A stretch of 64,000 nt of DNA, from positions 310,001-374,000 of the forward strand of contig NOWV01000027.1 of the NCBI GenBank assembly GCA_003344405.1, given 5' to 3'. Below the pieces are notes generated by a model. The model had not been told where the DNA came from, ran no database searches, and worked only from the letters and a program-made list of their open reading frames with translations. Origin of the DNA: Trichoplax sp. H2 (taxonomy: Eukaryota). Of this stretch, positions 1 to 14,195 are shown in pieces. How positions within the stretch are numbered: position 1 is the first letter of the stretch; the number at the start of each line of letters is the position of its first letter. Both the position numbers and the translations under genes were made by a program.

Positions 1-385
1 ATACAACATGTCTATATTTAAGAGTAGAATATAGTTACAGTATATTCTAAATACACTACACACATGAATCAAAATTTAATTTAATTCTTGATTCTACTTT
101 ATCTGTATACAACGATAATAAATATCTGTTTTTACTATAGACTAAATTATTCAATTTACTACCAATACAACATATAGAAACTGTCTTTTGCATTAAAAGA
201 CACAGTTCTCTGATCTGCACTTGCCACTGTTCTTTTCAGCATATCATATTTTGATCTGCATATTCTCATTTCACTTTGTAAAGCTGATAGTGTAATAAAA
301 TTCGTCAATTAGCTTTAACTACGTTACTAATCTAAGCACTTGTTTAGTAATTTATAATAACATTTACATATTATCTTTGTTTCAG

Positions 386-1801
386 ATTTATCAAGATGTC
401 AAGCCCGCGAATTAATAATCTCATCGTTGTTGGTTGTAGCATGATGTATTTCGCTATTTATGTATTCGGTTTGGATGGTAGATGGGTCTCTCAGCGAAAT
501 TTTCATGCTGTTTGTATGGTAGATATTTTGAACTCTAATAGTACCATTAAATTTATGGACAGTAATACATCGAATAATGACTTCATGAACGATAAAGATA
601 TAATGTTAAAATTATAGGCTCGTGGTTGGTTCCCAGTTATTGGCTTTACCTTTATGTTCGGTTCAATCTTTGCTAAAACTTATCGTGTGCACAAAATATT
701 TACAAGTGGCAAAGCTAATAAAGTGGTAAGGGCCGTTTCTGTGATATCAGAAAGAATATTAAAGTTAATTAAAATGAAACATTATATAAATTAAATTTAA
801 ATAAATTGTATAATAAATTATATAAATATATAAATATAATTATGTAATAAATTATATAAATTAAATTTAATACAAATCATTTAATTTTCGATTGATGCCT
901 GCCAGGTCATGAAGGATACTTATCTATTTGGTCTTATTGGAATATTGTTACTTATGGACATTACTATCCTAACTGCGTGGCAAATTATTGATCCAATGTA
1001 CTTGAAAATTCTTAATTTAACAGCTGAGGTAGGACGCTTTATAACTTGATTAGAATTTCCATCATTTATCAGAGTAGATTATTCCGTACATTTATCCTGT
1101 TATATAACAGTAACTAATTAAAAATCGCCAAGATACTGTACTACAGGATGGACTATACTCACAAATTTATTCTATACTTTAAACCATTAGAGTTCTCCGA
1201 ATCAAGATGTGGTCCGCTTACCTCAAATTTGGCTATGTGATAGTAATAATAAAGTTACCTGGTTGATTGCCTTATTCGTATTGAAAGGCACAGTTGTCAT
1301 GGTTGCAGTTTTTTTTGCATGGGAAACGCGTAAAGTAACAGTTGCTGCCCTAAATGATTCTCAGTATATTGGCATGGCAGTTTACAACGTAGTTATTCTA
1401 GGTATTGTTGGCGTACCAGTTATTATTATTCTAGCTGATCAGATTAACCCGACCTTCGCACTAACCAGTGGCTTTATCGTATTTGGCAATACTGTTGTAT
1501 TATGCTTAGTATTTGTGCCAAAAGTAAGTAACTGCATTCTCAATATGACTTGCATTCTGTAGGGTGTTCAAGTTATCAATAATAGTGCGTCAATATATAT
1601 GACATATATTACAGATAAATATATAAATACCAATTACATAGAGTATTAAATCGTTTAATAATTCTTTCTTGATAGATATTGGAGTATCGGAATAATCCAG
1701 CAAGAAACACAATCCACCTAGCAAGATCGCGTGAATCGACGTTATCCATTACTAAAGTAGCCCCATCGGCATTTCCTTCTGAAATGGAGTCGTCAACTTA
1801 A
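386..1801 (+). CDS. GABA-B receptor-like class C GPCR, paralogue 1 (3' part only: 7TM exons and C-tail; the 5' exons lie before the window)
   Basis: Spliced exons give FIKMSSPRINNLIVVG, FGSIFAKTYRVHKIF, WQIIDP, FAWETRKV..ALNDSQYIGMAVYNV and LCLVFVPK, which are GABA-B 7TM signature motifs. The last exon 1676-1801 (ILEYRNNP...EMESST*) follows an AG acceptor. Confidence 0.9.
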
Positions 1802-4800
1802 ATTCAAAAATAGCTAGTGATAATTTAAACTGGTTACAATTACGATTGCCTATTGTTAAACATGATTAATTATAGACCTAAATTTTTATTAAAGCCTGAA
1901 AATTAACAACGAAAAATATACCAGTAAGAATAGTATATTTTAAGATTACTAGAGGGAATTATTCTATACTACTAGACGACAAGATACTCGTATAAATATA
2001 TCGAACATATACTAAAACGGTTATTAGTGATAGCATATATCATTTATCATCGATAACTGTCATTATACTGTAACCTAATTACTGAACATATTATTCATTC
2101 AAATATTTATGATTGCTAATAACATTTAAGTAGTTGGCGATAAATTCTATCTTATCAATTAATTAATTTACATATACGAGTAATATATATAATATCATAC
2201 AATAATTTTGAATCGTCGATTGTCAGTATTTAAGATTGTACTGCTAAATGCCAGCAATTTTAATTTCATTTATGCAGATATATATATATATATAGATACA
2301 CAAGCATATATTTATTTCATATTAAACCTATCCTTGTTAGCCGGTACTCATTTTATTCTCGTAGTAGATGACTACACTATGATAGAAATAAAACAGTGTA
2401 ATAACATCATCATTACATGTAAGACTAGCTTTCCTAAATTTTATCTATTTTATAGGATATTAAGCTTGTAACGGATCATATGCTGTTTGAGTATATCATT
2501 CTATTACCCATAGATCTAAACTATTAATGTAGGTTTAACCGGAACAATATCACGACAATTGATGTTATACTAATAAATCAAAGATTAAACTAATCTTCTA
2601 ATAACAAGCAGCCGTAATATAAGAGTGTTACTGTATCGTTAGTATTATAAAGTATAAATTTTATAATTTTGGACGTTAAAATGTACTTAAGTAAAAATAG
2701 GTCTTAAAATAGGACATTTATGTTTTTAGAAGATCCTTATGTATTTGCTAATATACCGATACCGTACTGATATTAAAGTTAGTAAAATTATTATTAGAGA
2801 ATTTTCATATTATGATTATGATTACATGTTTAATGTTATAGTCGCTGAACGTTGTTCTAGACAAGAGCCTTAGAAAAAGTAGGATAACGTAGGAAAATCT
2901 GGTTACATATTTATTAGGGTGATGAATACTAAATTAAGAGATAGAGATAGCAATAATAACATGTTTATGCATAGACGTTTCTATACAACCAGACTTTTCT
3001 CTTAATATAAAGATGACTGTTGTAACGACTTTAGTTCAAAACTTGATTTTGTGTCTTAAGTTTACTCATGTTCTTTTAGTCCCAACTAATGAGTTGTGAC
3101 AAAGAGATAAGGCTTTCACCTTATTTCAATATTATAAAAATACAATAAGCTTTGTTTCTTGCTTTATAATTATTAACAACAAGACAATCTACTTTAGCCT
3201 ATACTGTCTTATGTACCTGTTTGTAAAATAACAGTTCTCGATTAATCACCCTACTGATATTCCAAGCATTAAATCAAACTGTTTAATAGTTTTCGCTTCC
3301 TATACAGCTCCATAATTACTAAAGGCATTATTCAGTAAATGAATTAGAGGATCATAGATGCTTTCACTATTTTACTTGATTATAGTATGAATTTTAAGCT
3401 TAACCACTATATAAGTTATATTAGAACCTTATATTATTAAAAATCGCGGTCCAATTCATATTTTATTCTTAGCATATGTTCCAAATAGTTAATCAAGTAA
3501 GTTGACTTACATTATGTCCTTAAACACTTGCGTTTAGAGTCTTTACTAGTAGAAATTAAGCCTAATTCTCAAATAATATCGGGGTATAATTCACTGTTCT
3601 CAGTAAAAACTAACGCAGTAATCTAGGTATTTAATGAAACTAATATTATAGCTATCTGTTTTTAACAATAATTATAAAATGAAACATTATTACATTAATG
3701 TATGAGATGAGATAGATATTCCTTGAGTCTATCATGTATCAGTAGATAATTAGCAAGAATATCCCAAAATTTCAATATTTCTGATCATATAGCTTCAAAT
3801 TGTATATATACATCAATAATTGACAGCAGTATTTAAATCAGCTGATTAAGTATCATTAATTTCCCGAGAATTGAAGTTAATCAAGTTTATGTATTACAAT
3901 ATTTTAAAATAGGCTTTCAACAAATAGACGTTGCAATTATCTCAAACTGTCTAGGAATTGTATTGCTGCTCTGACGCTTCAGATTAAAACAATTTGTACA
4001 ATTTTTATTGAGGACTATCTTGCTACTCTACTATATGATTTATGAATTCTATTGGATAATATTATGCATCAATAATAGGAACACAATAGTTATCTAGCTT
4101 CAGAATCTCGATAATTGTAGTGAAGATTTCCTTAAAGTTTACGATACGAAAAACAGCAATATCTCAGAATCCAATAACTTAAATCAATTATTTTTAGGCT
4201 ACGTTTTGCTTAGCTTCTGCCGGTAGGGTGTATTCTACCGGACAATATGAAGATTAAAATATAATTTTGGTAGCATTATAAAGTATAGTACCAAATCGAA
4301 ACCAATTCCATAATTTTTTGCACATAGCAGCAAGTTTTTTGTCATTTTACAATTTATTAAAGATTATCTTTATAATTAGCCACCTTTTCACAAATTAACA
4401 GAGAAAATTCTATCGAAAGCCTATAAAATTTAATGAAGTATCCCGGTTTAATCATTCAACTATCAGATCATTTCTCTTTCATATAGTAAGTGACCCAGAC
4501 CATTCTCTTACTTCTAAAAAATTACTTCAATATGTATCAGTTACAATTTGTTCTAAAATAGACTATAATTATACAGGAAACCAATCGATAACCTGGCAGA
4601 TTTGTTATGACAATTTAGTGATAAAATTAAACAATAAAAATGATTAATGAAGATAATTGCGATATATAAAAGTAAATGATTGCTACAACCAGATTTTTAA
4701 TAGATCTTTCTCTTGAATATTTAATTCTACTAATAATGAATTACGTGAACGGATATTATCCACACAAGAATTCACAAACAAAGATAGAATGACAAGTAAA

Positions 4801-7800
4801 GTCTAATAATCAGCTGGTAAACGACAGATTAAATAGATGAAGTTATCTTTCCAGCTGCTACATCAGTGGGTACTGTTAACTTTCTACGAAGTAAGTAATT
4901 AATAAGAAAGGAAAAGGGATCTAAATTTACGATAGATTATCCATGATTGAATTTATTGGGCCATAATTTAACGATTACATTATTATTACAAAACTATGGT
5001 TGTTTGCTATAGTAATTTCCTACATGGTAATTATCTAATCGGAATGGCTGAGAAATTTTTTCATAGATTATCTCAGGTTTAATATGTTGTATCCTGATTT
5101 GATGACTATCTCATTAATACAAAACAGAGATTTAAGTGACTTTGAAATAGACCAAGTCATGAAGAGTTTGTGATTTAAGCCAATAGTATTAGCTTATCAA
5201 CAATCATGCAATATTTTTGACTATGATTGGCATCGCATCTTGCACAGCTGTAAATTAATCTACTAACAAAGTAGGTGGAGCCAATATAATTGATAACATT
5301 ATTTTAGAATAACGGTTTCTAAATGATGATAAAAGATAAAAGTTATTTACAATTATCCTCTCGTTGTAATACTCAGTTAGCTGTTATTTTTCATCAATAA
5401 CAAACTAAATTTTATATTATTAATGGACGAGAATATTGAGGAAGAAAAAAATACCTACCAATACAAAATTATATCAATATGCTCATACGTATTGATAAGA
5501 TCGTCAATGATGTAGGTAATCTATAAAATAATAAGTAAACATCTAGGACGACAGGTACGGGTCATAGATCAGCTCATGCAGATTTATTGCCGTTACATAT
5601 CTGCCATGAATCGACATGTAATTTCGTTATTTATCATTTCACAAAATTTTGACAGCGACGCTAATATAATATTATAATTCAGCTTAATAGTTTCAAAAAA
5701 TATTAAAGTAACAGTATACAAAATTATCAAGAGGACATTTACAAAGGCATCTAGTGAAGCGTATTTTATAATTACTTTTAAATAATAATACAGAATAACT
5801 TAGAACCTTAGTTCTTTATAAGTCATTAATGATTACAGCCTGTTACTTAACCGTGATGGAAATAGACATTAATTTTAAAATAGAAATTGTGTGGTAGATA
5901 GGCTAAACTCATTTTACCAAGTAACCGTAATAATGTGATTAACAATCTAAATTGTTATTTATGTATTATTCCCTTACAGTCCCGAGTAGGCTGTTATGCT
6001 TAATTCGATAAAATTAATAACATTTCTGGTATGCTCTATGAAATTAATGGTATGAATTCTATCTTATAATTTAGCACGGCATAATTATTTAATTTATTGA
6101 GTAAATCAAACTCTTTTTCTGCCTCAGCTGTGCAATTAATTTATTACTTAATGGTCTTGTTTATTGTATACTATGATGTACTGCTAAGCTGTATCTAACT
6201 ATATTTGTAAGCGATTGAAGAGTATTTTGATGTAGAGTTAAAATTTCAAGATGAGAAAGATTCGATAAAAAATTTCATATCACAATTTATTCACAATTCT
6301 GCCACAAAACGATTACATGTACAGCAGTGAATTTTTTCACATAGCGCTTTGTAACATTTGTATTCTAATCATATCTAATTCATCGTATTTTTTATTATAC
6401 ATGTATACGAATCAGACAGAAGATTGAATATACAGACAATGTAAATCCTTAGGGAATTTGATTAATCAATTTACGGACAATTCAATTTAGAATACATTAC
6501 CATAGTTGCAAGAATAACATAACGAATATTAGCTATGATTGAGCAGTAATCGTAAGGAAAGATGCTAGCTTTCTACTGCAGAAAATGATTTAATATTGAG
6601 ATAATGTCTTTTTTTAATTCACAACAGCAAACTTAGTTAGAGAAATTACTAAAGCTACGTTCTATTGATCAAAATGATCTTGGTTTATATAATTAGGCTA
6701 TGGCATGAAAAAATGAAAGTTCATAAATGAAAGTATATTTACAAATTTAAGTAGTCGTCTTGACTACGCTAGGTAGTACTACAATAGAGAAAGTTGTCGG
6801 CTAAATAATGGAAAGATTGCACTTTACCTACGCTAATCGATTCTTCTAGTACTTGTAGGGCCGAGAGTTTAGTACTTAAGTTAAATTCTTAATTAAGTAT
6901 AGAATTACTAATATGCACTACCGTAGGCTATAATACTTGCGTAGTTTAATGTGATTAGTTGCTCGTACCCCGGCAAAATATGGTAATTCAATGCACGTGC
7001 TTAGCGCGTGGAAGCGTGATAACGTTACTACCATTACTAAATAGGTCATGCGCTAGGATTTACAAGCGTATGCAACGAGTAGATTGGAAGTTCTTCTTGT
7101 TCATAGTTTGTTGTAAACACAGCTACGGTTGGTTTTTTATTGTAATAAAGCTTAATTCAGGTATTTAATCCAGTTAGACTGATTTATTGTGGACCCTTAA
7201 GAATTGACTTACTACAGTACTATACAATTTAGGGTTCATTTCTTAATAAAAAAGTGAATATAGCAAAGGTATATAAGAAATGGTAGGCACAAAGAGACTA
7301 CTACAATATAATATGGTACTATAGTTAATTCCATACTTGAAATTCTTATTACAGGTGGACAATGATTTTGGCAGTTGCAACTTAATTTACTTCATAGAAT
7401 TCGACTTAATCTATCAACTTCGTTATAGTTATTGTACATTTTGACGATATGGAGACTATTTTCATTGAAGGAGAATATCCTGATATTTTCATTGACTATT
7501 CCATCAAGTAAATTACGAAACTCTATAAAATGTATATCAGTTATGTGAACACTTGTTATTGTAAAATTTATAATCTATAAGTATAATCACATCATCTAGA
7601 TCTGATTATGGGTACAGTCTGTACACATGTTTCCGGTTGTGAGGGAATGAGCAAAATCTAAATTAAAAAGACAAAAAATCTATTTTCAAAATGTACTAGT
7701 GGTCTAGTGGATCATCATAATCTATCCTGAGAATCCATGATGCAAAGCTGTTTGCTGGGATGAGCCGTTATTCAGATATGAGGAACTTCCTATAACATTT

Positions 7801-10800
7801 TAAGATCGTACTGTTTCTGTTAAATTTTCCAAGGTAACCATCCACTACGTTAATAACCATTAATTGAATCAATTGGTGCATCTTATGGCAATAGTTAATA
7901 ATCGGGTTGCAAAGTTCATATTTATTTATTCTTTCTTATCCATTTATTTCTATATTCTTACTAATTATTAGTGGACATTTATACTTACGTATGATATCAT
8001 TTAATTGGAAAGAATATCATACTTTATCAAGAATAACATTCGATTCAAACATGATCATTTGCACTAGTAATCTCCATAGCAATATGAAAAATTATAAATA
8101 TCTGTTCTATTATATATTAAAGTTATTCTTGTCATAAAGTACATACGTTACTTATTAAAAAATTTTCTCTTCTTTTAATTTATAAGTGTAAATAAATCTG
8201 AGCTAAAACGCTTTGATTTTAAGATCAGATATAGTTAATAATTTTCATCAGAACTGTTTAATTCTGATGAAAATATCAGTAGCAAGTTATTCCAAAATCA
8301 AGCATTATATCAAACAGTATGCAATGTAGTAGAACGTGAATTTAAATTTTTTGTTGACTTCAAATGCATGCTGTAGACTTTATATAATAAAATATAATTA
8401 TTACTTATTTAAGGCTACTGATAGATATTTTAACTGTATCTATAATGGAAGAGAAATACATATTAAGCCATTTTAATATTATAGTAAGCGGTACTGAAAC
8501 AATGAATACAGCGAGCATTAATATCAAAAACGAAAGTCTTTATTCGTGGAAATGTCTTCTAATTAACAAAAATGAACACCTTCATTTCGAAATCAAATAT
8601 CATTTATTGATATTTCAGCTATATATTGTTTTTCACTTAATAGCTACTGGTACTTGACAACAGATATTAATGATATTCCGTAAACAATACTGATATAATA
8701 GCGAATTGTTAAATAAAAATAAGATATATCGTTATTAAAATGATAAAAAAAACTTCCAAAATTGAATGTTATCATTATCGTTCAAAAAATTTCGATATTT
8801 TGTCCTCAGCTCGAAATTATATTACTCTATATTTTTGATATTTTCAGAATAACCATCATAAAATTATCTAGCTACTACTTAAAGATAGATATTAGATGTG
8901 CTAAAGTTAATTTAGAAACTGCTTTCAACTGCAGCTAAGCATAGATACGAGTTTTCTCTAGAATCAAAATTATAGACCTTATTATAGTAAACAGTGACTT
9001 GTTTATAAACTTTTAAACTTTGTTTATGAGTCTCTACAAGAGTGTATCAGTTGAAAAAGGTATCACATATTCTTAATCCTGAATATATTTAACCTTAAAT
9101 CTAAATTTTAAACCATTAGAGCATTTACATTAGAGCAGATTAATCTATAAGATTGCAATCAGATCGTCGATCTCTTTTACAAATTGGGTAATTAACTGAC
9201 TTACGCACACTAGCCCTAAAATAGGTAGTTTTACAATTACAACTTTTACTAATAATCTTAAGCTTATGTGTTATCTGTAGTGAAGCAATGTAAGAAATCA
9301 AGATTTTAAACTTATGCAAAATTTTGATTCTACATCACGCATCTAGTCTGTTTAGTATATCCTTGACACCGAATTAAATCGGCAAAGCAGCCGAGCAACG
9401 ATTCACTAAATTTTATGTTATCAATAAATATCGCAGTGTGGGTACTATGACAGTATACTACCAACATAAACCATTTAATATTATCATAACATTGGTTGTA
9501 GCTAATGTATAAATTGAAAAATTACAACTACTCGGTCAGCTATATTAAGTAATCGCATGGTCATTAATAGACTTATAATTCTCTACGACCCTAGTGACAG
9601 ATGACATCATTAGTGTAATTAGTATAAACGAAAAAGACTATATGCTTATTTTTTAACAATACATGTCAATATAAGTTGTATGATACCATCATAGTGATGA
9701 TAATTAACGGATAAACTGTGATAAATAGTTTCTAGTTGACCGGTTATGATCAATAAACATAGAATAACGACATTCTTCAACACCTTAATTGTAAACAATA
9801 TGATTACATAAGATGACAGTTATTCTTAGTACATAAAATTAAATATTCCATCTGTCGATTTAATTGTTAGCATTTTAAATAATAAGCATCCGCAGTTGTT
9901 ACTATTATATATACACGTAAAGTTTATGTGCTGAGCTATAGCATATTCCAGAAAGAGATCTTAGATCTCATATTCCACCACAACAAAAGTATTAGCGGTA
10001 TTTTTAAGTGCAAATACAGCTATCAGTAGGTACTTGCTAAACAGAATATGTAAAATTAAATTACAAGGAGTTATGCCAGTTAAAGTGCTTTAAGGAATGA
10101 TTTATTTTACTTAAGTCATTGACTTCACCTTAAAAGCTTATATGTAGTATCATACTAGATTTTAAATTATTTATGATGATTTAGAATTAACTGACGTTCA
10201 TTTACTATAAGGGCTCTACCAAATATTCTGTTAAGTATAGATTGCGACGGAAATGTGAACAATTATATCAATCTCTGATGATTTATCGAAATAATGATCA
10301 TTATAAATCAAATATTGACATACGAGTGAAAAGGAGCCCATCATATCAATTTAAATATTAAAACGAGAAAATATTGTCGCTGTTTATTCTTCAACATAAC
10401 AATTATTTGCTTTCATAATCTTATAACCTTTAATTGATATCATAATGTGAAAAACCTTGTCTTCGCTATAATTACAAGCTCTGATAGACAAGTATCAACG
10501 TAATCGGTGTAATAAGATTCATCCTTCTGAAGATTATTTGTATGACAATACTGCTGTACTTGGAGTGCATTTTGTCACTTGGCTGGGAGTAAAATGTATT
10601 TATAATCTTTGAAACTTGAATAGTAACCTTGGCTTTAAATCTAGTCCTATCAGGATAGGTAGAAATATAGTATTAATCAATTCTATCAGGTTATTAACCA
10701 GTCTAATCGTAAATAATCAGTTCATTTATCTTATTAACTTTTTTTATGATTTTTGATATCATGTTCGATACCATTGAAACACATACATATATTTATAGTT

Positions 10801-12559
10801 TATAATATTATAGAGCGTAATATGAATAATCAGTTATCATTGTTATATTTAATTAAAATAACATAAAATTGAGATACAAGATTAGGAAAACGCATACTAC
10901 GAGTGCAACTTGACGGGATGTGCTAGACAACTATTATCGTAATACTCCAATCTGTATAGTACTGAATAATATTTAGTTCAAGAACTATGAAATGGAGAAA
11001 TAGTTTCAAGTCTTTTGTCTTATACTGCTTCTCATATTGCAATATTGCCCATGATCTCACTATTTATGCACTAGTAGAATAAGAACAGCATTTGCAAGCC
11101 CTATTTGAAATTTTTATACGACTAAATGCAGCTGCAGCAGCTTTTAAAGGTAGTCCATGTTCACTTGATGCAAAAAAAAACTTAAACTATTGTTATCACG
11201 ATGAAATATTAAGAACTTCACTACTCGTGAAAGGTATACGAGTATATTATTAACAGTGAGGAATAAAAGACTGATTAAGAATGATTTTATTAGCAAAAAA
11301 TCTATCTATGTAAGCAATTACTGTATTGAAATGGTCATTACTCTTATTTATTAATTAATATAGGACAGAATGACTCCATCACTGTACTAAAAACACCTAA
11401 TACTTCATTAAAGGTAGGAAAGTAATGATTCGACTATTATGGTGGAATATCCACAAGCTCATTCAATCCATGCAGGCGATGACTCAATGATCGTGACAGA
11501 AACGCATATTAGCTGATCGCCATTAATATTCAGATAGTAATTCTGTCCGCCTTTATTATCTCATGAAATGACAAAGTCTGACAGGCTATCTATAATTTTA
11601 GACGTTCTTTTAACTGAAAATGTTACGTGATGTTTATGTTTATTTTCGTGTATTTTCTAAATAAGAATAGGTCAAATAATAAAGGATTCATGCAGATGTA
11701 GAATATTAAATAAATAATTATAATTGATAACTTAATAGCTTTATCAAAAGATCACAATTGTTATTATTGTCAAATTTGCCCATCAAAGAATAAATATGAT
11801 ATCCTTAGAATACCAAGATGGTCCTAATAAATATACTAGAAGATTATTTAGATAAATGGCATACTATTTTTGATTTATTAACATGAGAAAAAGGGAAGAC
11901 AAAAGTATAAAGATGATAATTAAGCAATATAGAAAAAAAATTGCTAGACAGGATAGTCATTGAGGTTATACATCAATATTAACATTATAAAGACTTTGAT
12001 ACATAATTATAATTAGACTATCTGATGAAAGATTGCTAGATATGATATAGGTACAGATATTTTACTTTAAAGACAGAAAGCATGATGCTATCTGGAGATG
12101 ACAGATATGAACCGCCTACTGTAAAATCGAAATTAAAATAAGATAACTATCCTACAATAGGAGGTCTTAACTAGTAAAAATGAACTATCACTGCAGGTAA
12201 AGTACACATAGATATAAATACTCGTATTACCCTTCAATAATACCATAAAGCAATCATGTAGTGGTATTTTAGAAGACGATTAGGCGGCCTGAAAGAAAAT
12301 GTTATTTTAAAGTAGATGTTAATGTTATATTATATGGTAGAGGCATGTCGCCCTCGTTCAATCTTCAAGAAAGGAAGAATACTGTATGATGATCAAACTA
12401 CTTAGAGAAAAAATTATTCCTCAGAATGAATATCACATGCATAGTAATAATTAGTTAAAAGCAAAAATGAAGCATTTAGAAATTTAATTATTTAGGAGTT
12501 TAATAGTTAGCCTACTGAAGAGAAGAATCTCTCAATAAAGCAGTTATTGACGTTTTATT

Positions 12560-13920
12560 TACGATAGTCATGCCTAAGATACTAAAAATATTATAATTAA
12601 ACCATTTCTATAAAGAGATTGTTAAATGAGGTCGATATTGATGTCATAATTATGATAGCAATATTAACATTTTAATGAACTTATGGCTGTTATAATTGAA
12701 CATTGAATTGTCTAGAAAAAAGATGTTCGATGCAATAAGGCGGATATTGATGCATTAAATATAATAGGCTGTAATAGCCATACAAATGTTTTAAAAGTCT
12801 AAGAGCATCATTAAACTATTTAAAAGAAAAGTCGCTGGGTAGGATGACTCAAAATTGAATAATAACATTAGCTTATTTAAGACTGTAAGGACGTCATCGG
12901 TAGAACATGTACGGAATTATTCGATAAGATAGATCTTGTGATCACTGTTATCGAAGACAACAGTGATACTATTAAGACTGTAAGAACATTATAATTAGAC
13001 TATTTAGAAGGAACATAGTTACATAAGATAAGCCTTGCAATTATTGCTTCGATAGTAACGTTTTTAAGGGCTGCAGAAATATTACAATTAGACCATTTAG
13101 AAGGAATATTGTTAAATAAAATAGATATTAATATATAAAGATTATGATTAACCAGTTTACAAGATAGCTAGATCACGATGGGTATTAGTTCAAGTTTATA
13201 GATTCTATTGTATAAATATCTAATAGAAGGATCAATTCATATTATACGTGCGAATTTAACCAGACAACTAGAGTCCTATTCATGTTACTTAGCTATTTAT
13301 TATTTTGCTACTCCATGTCATGATGTCAAGTCCATAATAATTTCGATATTTTAAAGATTGTAAACATATCAAAATTATAGGATTGATAGTTAACGTAAAT
13401 AGGAACGTCATAACTATAATTGTAGTATTATCATTTTTTAAGGGGCGCAAGGATTCCAAATTGATAGTTATACCATTTCAAAGATTGTTAAACAAAGATA
13501 TTGATAACGTAACCGGAATTATTATATTATTTTTAATATTGAGATCATGATTAGAAGAAAACTATCTTTAAGATAGATTTTGGTATTATTATTACAACAA
13601 CAGCTCTAATAGTTTTAAGACTGTAAGGATATTACAATGAAATCAATCATGTAGAAGAAATGTCGTTAGATGAGTCATTTATATCATCATTACGATGACA
13701 TCATTAACATCCTAACGGCTGTAAAGGGTATTATAAGCGTAACTAGATCATTTTGAGGAACTATTCTAGATTAATTAGTAATGGATATCAGAACTATAGT
13801 AGCGTAATGTTAACATTTTTAAGACTGTAAGGGATGTCACAATCAGGAGAAAAGCTATTGAGTATAGTAAATAATAAGTATTATTAATATTTTAAAACTC
13901 TAAAGATATTACATGTAATC
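12560..13920. repeat. Highly degenerate tandem repeat, roughly 90-100 bp units
   Basis: Recurrent TTAAGACTGTAAG(G/A)A core at about 12878, 12972, 13615 and 13819, plus diverged variants. Several are followed by ..ATTAGAC(C/T)ATTTAGAAGGAA.. and ..ATAAGATA. Confidence 0.65.
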
Positions 13921-13954
13921 GAACTCTTTAGAAGATTATTACGTGAAGTAGCTA

Positions 13955-14195
13955 CCGATATATTCAAGCTGTTCCTATTCTGGAAAAGAGAACTCATTTT
14001 ATTTTTAAGCTTCGCAAACATGCATCAAAGCGACCGACATATTTGAATCATTCCCATCCTAGAACAGATACTAGATTTTAGTTTTTTTTTAAGCTTAGCA
14101 AAGATGCTTCCAAATTGCCGACATATTTAAATCTTTCCTATTCTGGAATAGATACTTGATTCTATTTTTTAAGCTTAGTAAACATATATCAAAAC
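13955..14195. repeat. Three tandem copies of an ~80 bp unit
   Basis: CCGA(T/C)ATATT...TTCC(T/C)AT(T/C)CT(G/A)GAA...TTTTAAGCTT(C/A)G..AA.AT, with copies starting at 13955, 14034 and 14118. Confidence 0.8.

Noticed and set aside
781..880. Nearly pure A/T tract with an internal direct repeat
   Set aside because: Ordinary low-complexity intron sequence.
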